Of a stretch of 64,000 nt of DNA, positions 40,401 to 53,785 are shown in pieces. This stretch comes from Glaucostegus cemiculus (lineage: Eukaryota): the NCBI GenBank assembly GCA_976551045.1, contig CDPCPM010000370.1, positions 2,852,001 to 2,916,000 on the forward strand. Reading direction: 5' to 3'. Positions within the stretch are counted from its first letter, which is position 1. Every line of letters starts with the position of its first letter. A program made the translations under genes and the position numbers. The notes under the pieces were generated by a model, which did no database searches, had not been told where the DNA came from, and worked only from the letters and a program-made list of their open reading frames with translations.

Positions 40401-40615
40401 TCCGTATGAGTTGAATTCATCAACAGTTCCACAAGGTTGGAGAGAGACTTTGCTGAGCCAAGCATTTAAGTGCACTCTCTTTAATGCACTTCGTGAATCT
40501 CATTGTATCCTGTGTGAACTTTTCGCTTGTCTGGCAAAAGGCGCCATCTAGTGTGCGCGCATTAACACACACTGCCGGTTTTTGTCCGGACCCGCCATCG
40601 CGCTGCAACAGTGTG

Positions 40616-41046
40616 GATCTAGTGGCACAGAGGTAAACGGCGGAGTCGGACACAACAGCCCCGGAGATATAAAACTGAGCCCTCTTGCTGTCTTTCTGCC
40701 AATCAGCGGTAAATCTCTTTGAACACTCTGGGTGCGGTTCCATCTTTCCTGAGCTATACACCCTCAGTAAATATTCTGGAGATTCCCCGCGTTGCTGGCT
40801 GTACCAAAAAATATCTGTAGCAACTACCGTGTAACTACAGTTCAGTGTCATGCTCTGTCCTTCCTCGACCGTTAACTCCGGAGGATCCTGCGTCACTGAC
40901 TCATCCCCTCTCGTTCCTGCAATAAAAGATAAAATGTATGAATGGACAAAGCTTGCATTGAGCGTACCGAAAACGCACAGGCTGGTTGGCAGAGACTCAC
41001 CAGGCAGCACGGCCAATATCACCAGTAACAAACAGAGGGAGTGCAT
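40616..41046 (-). CDS. TRAV: V segment V13 (subgroup C), intact. Leader 41001-41046, V exon 40616-40916
   Basis: Intact frame and an 84-nt intron. RSS heptamer at 40609-40615, 23 nt, nonamer at 40577-40585. Confidence 0.92.
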
Positions 41047-44000
41047 GGTGTCTGGATTCGGGCTAGATCGACAGGAAGATGACTTTCAATAAGTTCATTC
41101 CACTTGTCAGATTTTGCAGAATGAGGTCAGATCAGCGACGCTTCTCACTTTGTCTCAGACAGAGGGCGTTGCCCTACTGAAGGATTGGCTGGTCGACAAC
41201 TGAAACTCCCGGAGCACCAATCAGAATGGGCCATATCTAAGAGTACGTCTCTGGCTGTTACCCCTTCTATTTATATCCCCTGCTCCTTCATTTTCTCTCT
41301 CTGCCTTTCTTTCTTTCGTTTTATTTCGCTCTCGTCTATCCCAATTACCTTTCTTTCCAGCAATACCCCGTCTCTCTCCCTCCTTCCTTCTTCTTCCTGC
41401 TCAAATCGCTCGCACTGCACTTCTATCTTTTTTTAGCTCATAAAGCAACTATGTATCCTACATATCACCCGACCATGCGTAAATCTAATTACATGTTGCA
41501 TGATCCATTCAACTACATCATGAGTATAGATGATAAATAATTAGGACAACATCAGTGAATCTTCTGGTATCCACTAGTTATGCACCGTCATGTTGAATAT
41601 CAACCAGTTATTTCCTACTCATTCTTTCTGTAAGTGATCCAATCTCCTAGCCATAGAAATGGAGGCCACGACTACTTGTATAAACTGCTTCAGCAGTCTT
41701 CAATGTGACACCATCTAGAAGGCTTTGAAGAAAAATACAGACTCTGAGGCCCTTAATGTCCCTTTATCCTCACTGTTACATCCTCAAGAAACTGCGGAAG
41801 GTGATCATGGTCATTTCCAGCAACTGCTCATCCGTGATATATTTTGCCGACAACAGGAGCGAAAGGGAACATTCAGCTGCCCACAAATGCGTCGTGAAAT
41901 TCTTATTTTACCGATGTGTACGACTTGATTACAACTGCAACTCCTCAGGCTCAGGTGCCGTTTATTACCCAGCGTCGCCCGTTTAACTGAACCACGTGAA
42001 CTCAATGCAACTTGTGGGCGATCTTTCCATTTACCCGAATAAGCGCGCCCTCCGGTGAGCACTCTTTGCAACCCCGGGGCGGGAACAGAGGGATCGCATG
42101 GTATCTGGCTTCAGGCCAGATCGAAAGGCAGATTTCCTTCAAGAAAATATAACTCAACCGATGCTGCAGATTGAGATCAGTTCAGTAGCACCATTAATTT
42201 TGTGAAAGACAGGCGGCGTTGGTTGAATAGAGGATTGGTTGGAAACGCATACCCGAGTCAATCATTCCACCGCTCGGAACATGGTCGGATTGAATTTTTC
42301 TCTGATTGTTTCTCCTTCTCATTTCATGCCGTTCGCTCTTTTGATCTCNNNNNNNNNNNNNNNNNNNNNNNNNNNNNNNNNNNNNNNNNNNNNNNNNNNN
42401 NNNNNNNNNNNNNNNNNNNNNNNNNNNNNNNNNNNNNNNNNNNNNNNNNNNNNNNNNNNNNNNNNNNNNNNNNNNNNNCTCCACCATTTTTCTCTCTCCA
42501 ATCAGAATGTGGCACAGTTCAATTCGTCTCTTTTCCTTTATTTTATATTCATCTCCATTTCTCTCTTTTCCTCTTATTTGCCTCTCTCTTTCTTGTTCTT
42601 CAATTCTGTCTCATCTCTCTCTCTCATAACCCCTCCTTCTTTATCCTCCTTACATCTTCCTCACTGATATTTCACTGCATCATGCGGAAGTTCTATTGCA
42701 AGCTGCATCGAGCATTCAGGTGAATCATCCATGTAAATTATGAGTACTTGAAGCAACACCATTGAATTCTGGATCATCCCACGATTTATTTGTTCTCAAT
42801 ACTATCACAGAATTATTTCACACTATCTGTTTTCCATTCGTAAATCAATCTCCTTTCTAAGCCAATAGACTGCACCTGATTTTTTTATCTCAGCAGTAAG
42901 CTTCGGTATGAGACTTTATTAAATGCTTTCTTCTCGGATGCTTTCTTGAAATATACAGACGATGCTTCCTCAGTTTCCCAGTTTTCCTGACAGTTACGTC
43001 CCCAAGGATCTGTGACAAAATGGCCAAAGTCGATTTCCAGCAAAGTTCTCACCTGCAAAATCGTATTCCCCAAAGCAGGGGAAACGGGACCTTCAGGTGT
43101 CGCGAGAATGCTTTGTAAAGTTCCTGTTTGTACCACTAAGTACTAATTGAATGCACCAACGGTCCCTCAAGCTTGGCCGTCTTCCGTTACCGCGTGCCGC
43201 CCACTTCTGTGAACCACGTGACATCCACTCTTCACAGGTCGCGCCCCTTCCCGATACCAGGTAATTGCGCCCTCTACTGACCTCTCTTTGCAACCCCCTC
43301 GGATAGGAACAGAAGGAACACATATTATCTTTCTTCAGGCCAGTTCAACTTTCAAGAAGCTGATGCAACCTGATCGATATTGGAAAATATGAACGGACCA
43401 GTAGCACACTTACATTTATCTAAGGCTGGCGGCGTTGCCCTGTTAAAGGAATCGCCTGGACTTCATAACTGAGCCGACGGGAGAATAAATCAGAATTGGC
43501 TCCGCGNNNNNNNNNNNNNNNNNNNNNNNNNNNNNNNNNNNNNNNNNNNNNNNNNNNNNNNNNNNNNNNNNNNNNNNNNNNNNNNNNNNNNNNNNNNNNN
43601 NNNNNNNNNNNNNNNNNNNNNNNNNNNNNNNNNNNNNNNNNNNNNNNNNNNNNNTCACCTACGTCTCCTCTGTCCCTCCAACACATATCAACCTTTCTTT
43701 GTTTATCTGTCTGCCTCCCTTTTTCCCTCGGCTGCGCAATTCCTGTTCTCAGACCTTCACGCTCTCTGTCATTGCTCGTGCAGTAAACTCCATTGCAACA
43801 TTCTCTCGATTTCTGGAAGTGCACTACACTATCTCCAGTCTACCATTCCTTGCACTGTTACATGTTCAATGAACGCCATAAAAATGATCAAAAACGATTT
43901 CCAGCAACGTTGTCAGCAGCATATCGTGTTGTACGCAACGGGCAAACGGGGATATGGAGGTGTGCAGAACATACTTTGTAACGTTCCTTCTTGTAACCTT

Positions 44001-44217
44001 CAGTATGCATTGAATTCAACGGGAATTCAACAAGCTTGCACGGAAGTCTTTTCTGAGCCCAGCATTTAAGTACACCCTCTTTAATGCAATCCGTGACCCT
44101 CACTGATTCCTGTGTGAACTTTTTGCTTGCCCTGCAAAGGGCGCCACCTAGTGTGCGCTCATTGTACAACTCATAGCCGGTTTTTGTCCGGACCCGCCAT
44201 CGCGCTGCAACAGTGTG

Positions 44218-44649
44218 GGCTCCGTGGCACAGAGGTAGACGGCAGAGTCCGACACAACAGCCCCGGAGATATAAAAGTGAGCTCTCTTGTTGTCTTTCTG
44301 CCAATCAGCGGTAATTCTCTGTGAACACGCTGGAGCCCGTTCAATCTTTCCTGAGCTCGACACCCTCAGCAAATATTCTGGAGATTTCCCGCGATGCTGA
44401 CTGTACCAAAAAATGTATGTAGTAGCTGCCGTGTAACTACAGTTCAGTATTATGTTTTGTCCTTCTTCATCCGTTAACTCGGGAGGGTCCTGGGTCACTG
44501 AGTCTTCCCCGCTCGTTCCTGCAATAAAGGATAGAATGTATGAAGAGCCGGAGCTCGCATTGAGCGCACGGGAAAAATACAGGCTTGTTTCTCAGAGACT
44601 CACCGGGCAGCACGACCAATATAACCAATAAGGAACAGAGGGAGCACAT
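44218..44649 (-). CDS. TRAV: V segment V14 (subgroup A'), intact. Leader 44604-44649, V exon 44218-44518
   Basis: Intact frame. RSS heptamer at 44211-44217, 23 nt, nonamer at 44179-44187. Confidence 0.92.
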
Positions 44650-45568
44650 GGTGTCTGGCTTCGGGCTAGAAGGAAAGGCAAACCACTTTCAAGAAGTTCA
44701 TTCCACTTGACAAATATTGCAGAATGAGGTCAGATCTGCGGCACTATTCACTTTGTCTCAGACAGAGGGCGTTGCCCTGCTGAATGATTGGCTGGTAGAC
44801 GACTGAGCCTCCCGGAGCACCAATCAGAATGAGCACTGGTTCAGTGTGTGTGTCTCTCTCTGGCTGTTGCCCCTTCTATTTATATGCTGTTCTCTCCCTC
44901 TCTATCTCTCTCTCTCTCTCGCTCTCTCTCGCTCTCTCCCTAAGGCTCTTTCTTTACCTCTCATCCCTGCCATCTCCCTTTCTCGCCACATTTTCCTCTC
45001 TCTGATTTTTCTCTTTTTCTCTGCTCTGATCTCGATCGGCCCTTCTCTTACATTTATCCCTTCCAACTTTCAATCGCAGATATCACTCTGCCGTGCACAA
45101 TCACTATTACATATCAATTGATCCATTTTGCTGTCATGAAAATAGATTTTAATTGGGTCTCCCCGGCACGCTCTCTTTCTTTCTCTCTGCTTCCCTTTCC
45201 CTGTCCTGCCACTTCCATTACCATCCTGTTTCTCTCTGTCTCTATATCTCTCTATCCTTCTTCTTTCTGTCTGTTCCAATCAGAATGGGGTTCAGTTCAG
45301 TATGTCTGATTTCCTTCAATTTCCTCCCCATCTCTCTCTTTTCCTCTTATCCCCTTCTTTCTCTTTATCTTCTCAGGATCTGTCTAATTTTTCCCATACT
45401 CTCTCCCTCCTTACCACGATCACATCATCCAAACACACGTATCACTCTCATGCGCAAATTCTACAACAAGCTGCTAATCACCAACATAAGTGATAAGCAA
45501 TTGAGGCAACACCATTAAATTCTGGAGCATCCCACGAGTTATTCGTTCTTAATCCGAAGATCACACAA

Positions 45569-45705
45569 TCGTTCCTGCAATAAAGGATAAAATGTATGAA
45601 GAGCCCGAGTTTGCATTGACCGTACGGGAAACACACAGGCTGGTTTGCCCGAAACTCACTGGGCAGCACGGCCAATATCACCAGTAAGGAACAGAGGAAG
45701 CACAT
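45569..45705 (-). pseudogene. Leader-only V relic 2
   Basis: Leader (45660-45705) and intron are intact. Same V-exon deletion junction as at 27875. Confidence 0.88.
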
Positions 45706-47073
45706 GCTGACTGGCGTCGGGCGAGATCGAAAGGCAGATCCCTTTCAAGAAGTTCATTCCACTTGACCGATATTACACAATGAAGTCAGATCTGCGGCAC
45801 TTTCCACTTTGTCAAAGACAGGCGGCTGATTGGTGCCCTGGTAGGCTCAGTCACCTATCGCCCTGCTGAAGGATTGGGTGAGAGATTACTGAGCCTCCTG
45901 TGGCGCCAATCAGAATGGGCTCTGGCTCAGCCTCTCGCTCTCTCTCTCTCTCTGGGCTGTTCCTTCTTCGATTTATCTTCCGTTCTCTCTCACGTTCTCC
46001 CTGTCTCACTTTCTTTCTCTCTCTTTGCACTCATCTCTCCCATCTCCCTTTCCCTCCAGTTTGTCCTCTCTCTGATTTCTTTGTTTCTCGCAGCTCTAAT
46101 CACTCTCTCTTCTGTTCTCTCCCTTTTATCCCTCATCGCAACTTGCTGTCCCACATCTCACTCTACAATATGCAAATTCTGTTGCATGTTGCAATAGTGA
46201 ATATAGATGATGACACCACTGAATCTTTTGTAATCCCCCAGTTATTAATCCTCTATCTGGAAATCACCCATTTATTCCATACTCATTGATTCCGTCAAGG
46301 ATCCAATCTCCAAACCGCGTGAATAGAGAGCTATCAGAATTTGTATCTTCTGCAGGACCCTTCATTGCAACACTTCCTCGGACGCTTTAGAGGAACTGCA
46401 AAAAAGTGATTATATTCAATTTCCAGCAATCTGCTCAACCGGGATATATCTTTGCCGACGACTGGTGCAAAAGGGAGCATTCATGTGTCTCTGAAATGCT
46501 TTGCAAAATTCTTATTTTACCGAACTGTATGACTTGATTTCAAGGACAACTCCTCCGGCTTAGCTGCCTTTTATTACCTGGCGCCGCCCATATAACTGAG
46601 CCGTGTATACCTTACAGTTACATGTGTGCGAGCCTTCTATTTACCCTGATAAGAAAGCCCTGTAGTGAGCACTTATTGCAACCCCGGGACAGGTAAAGAA
46701 GGAATGCATAATGTCTTGCTTCAGGCCCGATCAAATTGCAGATTACTTTAAAGCAGTTAATACCATTTGGCCGAAGGCGGAGAATGAGATCACTTCAATA
46801 GCACCCTTCACTTTGTCTAAGACTGGGTGCGTTACCCTGCAAAAGTATTGGCCACAAACTCATAACTGTTCTATCATGGCACCCATCGGAATTTGCTCTT
46901 GCCTGAATGTTCCTCTTGCTGTTTTTCCTTCTCATTTCATTCCGCTCTCCCTTTCGCTCTTTCTCCCTACATCAAACACCTGCCTTTATTTCCTCGGTGT
47001 TTTTTGTCTCTACCTCTCTCTGAGTGCCGCTCTATGCCCTCGGATCCTCGTTCCCTGCTCCAACCATCCCCCC

Positions 47074-47108
<35 letters not shown>

Positions 47109-48797
47109 ACATCTCTCTCTGCTATATATATGGCTGATTCGCCTTCTAGTTATATTCCGTTTTCTCTATGCAGTTCAGCTCCTCTGTTTTCCTGTCCTTC
47201 ATATTTATCCCCGTCTCTCTCTTATGCCCTGCTCTGCCTGTTTCTCTTTCTTTCCCTTCCTTTCTGTCGAAACTACCTCATACCCCTTCCTCTCTGTCTT
47301 CCTCACATCTGCCTGTCCCATGTATCACTGTAACCTGCGCAAATTATATTACTTGCTGTATCGTGCCTTCAGCTAAATCATCAATATATGTTATGAGAAG
47401 CTGAGGCAACACCATTGAATTATGGTGCATCCCACGAGTTATTCGTTCTCATTCCGAAGATCCCCCATATATTTCACACAATTATTATCTCTGCAGTTTT
47501 CTTCAGTATGAGACCTTATTAAATATTTATTTATCGAATGCTTTCTTGAAATATACAGACGCTGCATCTCCAGGTTCCAATTTATCCTGACAGTTATATC
47601 CTCAAGGAACTGTGACAGTGACCAAAGTCCATTTCCAGCATATTTCTCAACTGCAATATGCTTTGCCTGATAGCAGCGGGAACGGGGGCGTTCAAATATC
47701 CGGAAATGATTTCTGAAGTTCCTGTTTGTACTTCAGGATTCATGTTGAATGCACCAACAGCTCCGCAAGCTTAGGCGTATTTGGTAACCGAGTAACGACC
47801 ACTTCTGGACCACGTGACACCCACTGCAAGGTGTGCACCCATCCACCCCCCCCCCCCCTCCCCTGCGGCTGGTTGCCCGCTTATAGCGCCCTCTAGGGAG
47901 CGCTCGGTGCAAAAACCCTCGGCCAGGAATAGAAGGAACACATCGTATGTGCCTTCAGGCCCGATCAAAACCAGATTGCTTTCTTGTTTATGAAACGTGA
48001 CCGATTTTCCGAAACCTATGTACAAATAAGCAGCACGCTTATCTTAGTATAAGGCTGGTAGCCCCGTTGAATGATTCGTCGGTGCATGATGACAGTGCGT
48101 ACAGGGGCAGCAATCAGATTGCTCTCAGCGCGAATTTTTCTCAGACTGGTTCTCCGTTTCTTTATTTTCCATTCTCCCTCTCTCTTTCTCTCACTCCTGC
48201 CCCCCTCTCTCCCTCCAAGACTCATTACCTTTCTCTGCCCCCAACACATATCAACCTTTCTTTGTTTATCTGTCTGCCTCACTCTTTCCCTCTACTCTTC
48301 AGTGCCTGTTCCCGCCCTTCTGTCTCTAAGTCCTTCACGCTCTCTGTCATTGCTAGTGCAGTAAACTTCAATGCGACGTCTTCTCCATTTCTGGAAGTGC
48401 ACTACACCGTATCTCCAGATTGCCATTCATTTCACTGTTAGATGCTCAAGGAACTCTATAAAAAGAATCAAAAACGATGTCCAGTAACGTTGTCAGCCGC
48501 ATATCGTGTTGTATGCAACGGGGGAAGGGGGATATGCAGGTGTGCTGAACATAGTTTGTAAAGTTCCTTCTTGTAACCTTTGGTATGAGTTGAATTCAAC
48601 AACAAATCCACAAGCTTGGACGAAAGTCTTTGCTCAGACCAGCATTTAAGTGCACTCTCTTTAATGCAATTCTTGATCCTCACTGTTTCCTGTGTGAACT
48701 TTTTGCTTGCCCTGCAAAGGGCGCCATCTAGTGTGCGCTCATTGTACAACTCATAGCTGGTTTTTGTCCATACCCGCCATCGCGCTGCTACAGTGTG

Positions 48798-49229
48798 GGC
48801 TGCGTGGCACAGAGGTACACGGCAGAGTCCGTCACAACAGCCCCGGAGATATAAAAGTGAGCTCTCCTGCTGTCTTTCTGCCAATCAGCGGTAATTCTCT
48901 GTGAACACGCTGGAGCCCGTTCAATCTTTCCTGAGCTCGACACCCTCAGCAAATATTCTGGAGATTCCCCGCGATGCTGACTGTACCAAAAAATATATGT
49001 AGTAGCTGCCGTGTAACTACAGTTCAGTATTATGCTCTGTCCTTCTTCAGCCGTTAGCTCGGGAGGGTCCTGGGTCACTGAGTCTTCCCCGCTCGTTCCT
49101 GCAAGAAAGAATAAAATGAATGAATAGCCGGAGCTCGCATTGAGCGTACGGGAAACATACTGGCTTGTTTCGCAGAGACTCACCGGGCAGCAGGACCAAT
49201 ATAATCAATAAGGAACAGAGGGAGCACAT
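48798..49229 (-). CDS. TRAV: V segment V15 (subgroup A'), intact. Leader 49184-49229, V exon 48798-49098
   Basis: Intact frame. RSS heptamer at 48791-48797, 23 nt, nonamer at 48759-48767. Confidence 0.92.
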
Positions 49230-50152
49230 GGTGTCTGGCTTCGGGCTAGAACGAAAGGCAGATCACCTTCAAGAAGTTCATTCCACTTGACAAATATTGC
49301 AGAATGAGGTCAGATCAGCGGCACATTTCACTTTGTCTCAGACAGAGGGCGTTGCCCTGTTGAATGGTTGGCTGGTAGACGACTGAGCCTCCCGGAGCAC
49401 CAATCAGGGTGGGCACTGGCTCAGTGTGTGTGTCTCTCTCTGGCTGTTCCCCCTTCTATTTATATGCTGTTCTCTCCATCTCACTCGCTCTCGCTCTCTA
49501 TTTCTCTCTCTCCCTAACGCTCTTTCTTTCTTTCTTTACCTCTCTTCTCTGCCATCTCCGTTTCTCTCCACGTTCCGCTCTCTCTGATTTTTCTCTTTCT
49601 CTCTGCTCTGATCTCGCTCGGCCCTTCTATCACTTTTTATCCCTTCCATCTTTCAATCCCAGATATCACTCAGACGTACACCATCATTATTACATATCAC
49701 ATGATCCAGTTTGCTGAGTCATGAACATAGATTATAAATGGGTCTCCCCCGCTCGCTCTCTTTCTATCTCTCTGCTTCCCTTTCCCTGTCCTGCCACTTC
49801 CATTTCCTTCCTGTTTCTCTCTGTCTCTGTCTCTCTATCCTTCTTCTTTCTGTCTGTTCCAATCAGAATGGGGTTCAGTTCAATTTGTCTGATTTCTTTC
49901 AAATTTCCTCTTCACCTCCCTCTATTCTTCTGATCCGCTTCTTTCTCTTCATCTTCTGCCGATCAGTCTAATTTTTCCCATACTCACTCCCTCCTTACCA
50001 CCCTCACATCATCCAAGCACACATATCACTCTCATGCACAAATTCTACAACAAGCTGCTAATCACCAACATAGGTGATAAGCAGTTGAGGCAACACCACT
50101 GAATTCTGGAGCATCCCACGAGTTATTCGTTCTTAATCCGAAGATCACACAA

Positions 50153-50289
50153 TCGTTCCTGCAATAAAGGATAAAATGTATGAAGAGCCCGAGTTTGCAT
50201 TGACCGTACGGGAAACACACAGGCTGGTTTGGCCGAAACTCACTGGGCAGCACGGCCAATATCACCAGTAATGAACAGAGGGAGCACAT
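50153..50289 (-). pseudogene. Leader-only V relic 3
   Basis: Leader (50244-50289) and intron are intact. Same deletion junction as relics 1 and 2. Confidence 0.88.
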
Positions 50290-51643
50290 GCTGACTGGCG
50301 TCGGGCTAGATCGAAAGGCAGATCCCTTTCAAGAAGTTCATTCCACTTGACCGATATTACACAATGAAGTCAGATCTGCGGCACTTTCCACTTTGTCAAA
50401 GACAGGCGGCTGATTGGTGCCCTGGTAGGCTCAGTCACCTAGCACCCTGTTGAAGGATTGGGTGAGAGATTCCTGAGACTCCTGGGGCGCCAATCAAAAT
50501 AGGCTCTGGCTCAGCCGCTCGCTCTCTCTCTGGCTGTTCCTACTTCTATTTATCTTCCGTTCTCTCTCACGTTCTCCCTGTCTCACTTTCTTTCTCTCTC
50601 TTTGCACTCATCTCTCCCATCTCCCTTTCCCTCCAGTTTGTCCTCTCTCTGATTTCTTTGTTTCTCGCAGCCCTAATCACTCTCTTCTGTTCTCTCCCTT
50701 TTATCCCTCATCGCAACTTGCTGTCCTACATCTCACTCTACAATGTGCAAATTCTGTTGCATATTCCAATAGTGAGTATAGATGATGACACCACTGAATC
50801 CTGTATAATCCCCCAGTTATTCATCATCCATCTGGAAATCACCCATTTATTCCCTACTCATTGATTCCGTCAATGATCCAATCTCCAAGCCGTATGAATA
50901 GGGAGCTATCAGAATTTGAATCTTCTGCAGGACCCTTCATTGTGACACTTCCTCGAACGCTTTAGAGTAACTACAACCAAGTGATTATATTCAATTTCCA
51001 GCAACCTTTTCAACCGGGATATATCTTTGCCGACGACTGGTGCAAAAGGGAGCATTCATGTGTCTCTCAAATGTTTTGCAAAATTCTTATTTTACCGAAC
51101 TGTATGAATTGATTTCAAGGACAACTCCTCCGGCTCAGCTGCCTTTTGTTACCTGGCGCCGCCCACTTAACTGAGCCGTGTATACCTTACAGTTACATGT
51201 GTACGATCCTTCTATTTACCCGGATAAGAGAGCCCTGTAGTGAGCACTCATTGCAACCCCGGGACATGTAAAAAGGAATGCATAATGTCTTGCTTCAGGC
51301 CCGATCAAATTGCAGATTACTTTAAAGCAGTTAATACCATTTGTCCGAAGTCGGAGAATGAGATCATTTTAATGGCACCCTTCACTTTGTGTAAGACTGG
51401 GCGCGTTACCCTGCAACAGTATTGGCCGCAAACTCATAACTGTTCTATCAGGGCACCCATCGGAATTTGCTCTTGCCTGAATGTTTCTCTGGCTGTTTTT
51501 CCTTCTCATTTCATTCCGTTCTCCATTTCGCTCTTTCTCCCTACATCAAACAGCACCCTATGTTTCCTCGGTGTTTTTTGTCTCTACCTCTCTCTGTGTG
51601 CAGCTCTCTGCCCTCGGATCCTCGATCCCTGCTCCAACCCTCC

Positions 51644-51697
<54 letters not shown>

Positions 51698-52741
51698 CCA
51701 TCTCTCTCTGCTATATGTATGGCTGATTCTCCTTCTATTTATATTCCGTTTTCTCTATGCAGTTCAGCTCCTCTGTTTTCCTGTCCTTCATATTTATCCC
51801 CGTCTCTCTCTGATCTGCCTGTTTCTCTTTCTTCCTTTCTGTCGAAACTACCTCATACTCCTTCCACTCCGTCTTCCTCACATCTGCCTGTCCCATTTAT
51901 CACTGTAACCTGCGCAAATTATATTACTTGCTGCATCATGCCTTCAGCTAAATCATCAATATATGTTATGAGTAACTGAGGCAACACCACGGAATTATGG
52001 TGCATCCCACGAGTTATTTGTTCTCATTCCGAAGATCCCCCATATATTTCCCACAATTATTGTCTCTGCAGTATTCTTCAGTATGAGACCTTATTAAATA
52101 TTTATTTATCGAATGCTTTCTTGAAATATACAGACGCTGCATCTCCAGGTTCCCATTTATCCTGACGATTATATCATCAAGGAATTGTGACAGAGACCGA
52201 AGTCGATTTCCAGCATATTCCTCAACTGCAACATGCTTTGCCCGATAGCAGCGGGAACGGGGCTTTCAAATATCCCGGAAATGCTTTCTGAATTTCTGTT
52301 TGTACCTCTGGGTTCATGTTGTATGCACCAACAGCTCCACAAGCTTAGGCGTATTTGGTAACCAAGTAACGCCCACTTGTGAACCACATGACACCCACTG
52401 CAACGTGTGCACCCACCACGACCACCCTCGCGGCCCGTTGCCCACTAATCGCGCCCTCTAGTGAGCGCTCAGTGCAAAACCCTCGGCCAGGAATAGAAGG
52501 AACATATCGTATGTGCCTTCAGGCCCAATCAAAGGCCAGATTGCTTTCGTGTTCATGAAACGTGACCTATTTTGGGAAAACTATGTACAAATCAGCAGCA
52601 CGCTTATCTTTGTATAAGGCTGGTAGCGTTGCCCTGTTAAATGATTCGTCGGTGCATCATGACTGAGCCTACAGTGGCAGCAATCAAAGTGCGCTCAGCG
52701 CAAATGTTTCTCTGACTGGTTCCCGGTTTCTTTATTTTCCA

Positions 52742-52776
<35 letters not shown>

Positions 52777-53353
52777 CCGCCTCCCCTCTCTCTCACTCCA
52801 AGACACATCACCTTTCTCTCAATCTATTTTTCCATGTCTGCGTCTCCCGATCCTTCTAATACTCATTGCCTTCTCACACCCTTCTGTCTCTCAGTCCTGC
52901 ATGCTCTCTATCCTAGCTAGTGCAGTAACCTCCAAATGCAACTTCTTGTCGAATGATTTCTCGATATGCAATACACTGTGTCTCTTGTTTCCCGTTCTTT
53001 TCACTTTGACATGCTCAAGGAACTCTCTAAGAAGGATCGGAAAAGATTTCCAACAACGTTGTCAGACGCATATCGTGGTGTATGCAACGGTGGAAAGGGG
53101 ATAGGGAGGTGTTCCAGACATGCTCTGCAAATTTCCTATTTGTAGCTATCCGTATGGGTTGACACAACAGCAATTCCACAAGCTTGGAGAGGGTCTTTGC
53201 TGAGCCCATCATTTAAGTGTACTCTCTTTAAACCACTTCGTTATTCCTGTGTGAGCTTTCACTTGCCTGGCAAAGGGCGCCATCTAGTGTGCGCGCATTG
53301 TCACACACACCGCAGGTTTTTGTCCAGACGCGCCATCGCGCTGCAACAGTGTG

Positions 53354-53785
53354 GACTTCGTGGCACAGAGGTACACGGCGGAGTCCGACACAACAGTCCC
53401 GGAGATATAAAAGTGAGTTCTCTTGCTGTCTTTCTGCCAATCAGCGGTAAATCTCTTTGAACACTTTGGGTGCGGTTCCATCTTTCCTGAGCTATACACC
53501 CTCAACAAATATTCTGGAGATTCCCCGCGATGCTGACTGTACCAAAAAATATATGTAGCAACTGCCGTGTAACTACAGTTTAGTATTGTGCTCTGTCCTT
53601 CTTCAGCCGTTAACTCGGGAGGGTCCTGGGTCACTGAGTCTTCCCCTCTCGTTCCTGCAATAAAATATAAAATGCATGAAGAGCCCGAGCTTGCATTGAG
53701 CGTACGGGAAACACACAGGCTGATTTCTCAGAGACTCACCACGCAAAACAGCAAATATCACCAGCAAGAAACAGAGGGAGCACAT
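53354..53785 (-). CDS. TRAV: V segment V16 (subgroup C), intact. Leader 53740-53785, V exon 53354-53654
   Basis: Intact frame. RSS heptamer at 53347-53353, 23 nt, nonamer at 53315-53323. Confidence 0.92.
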
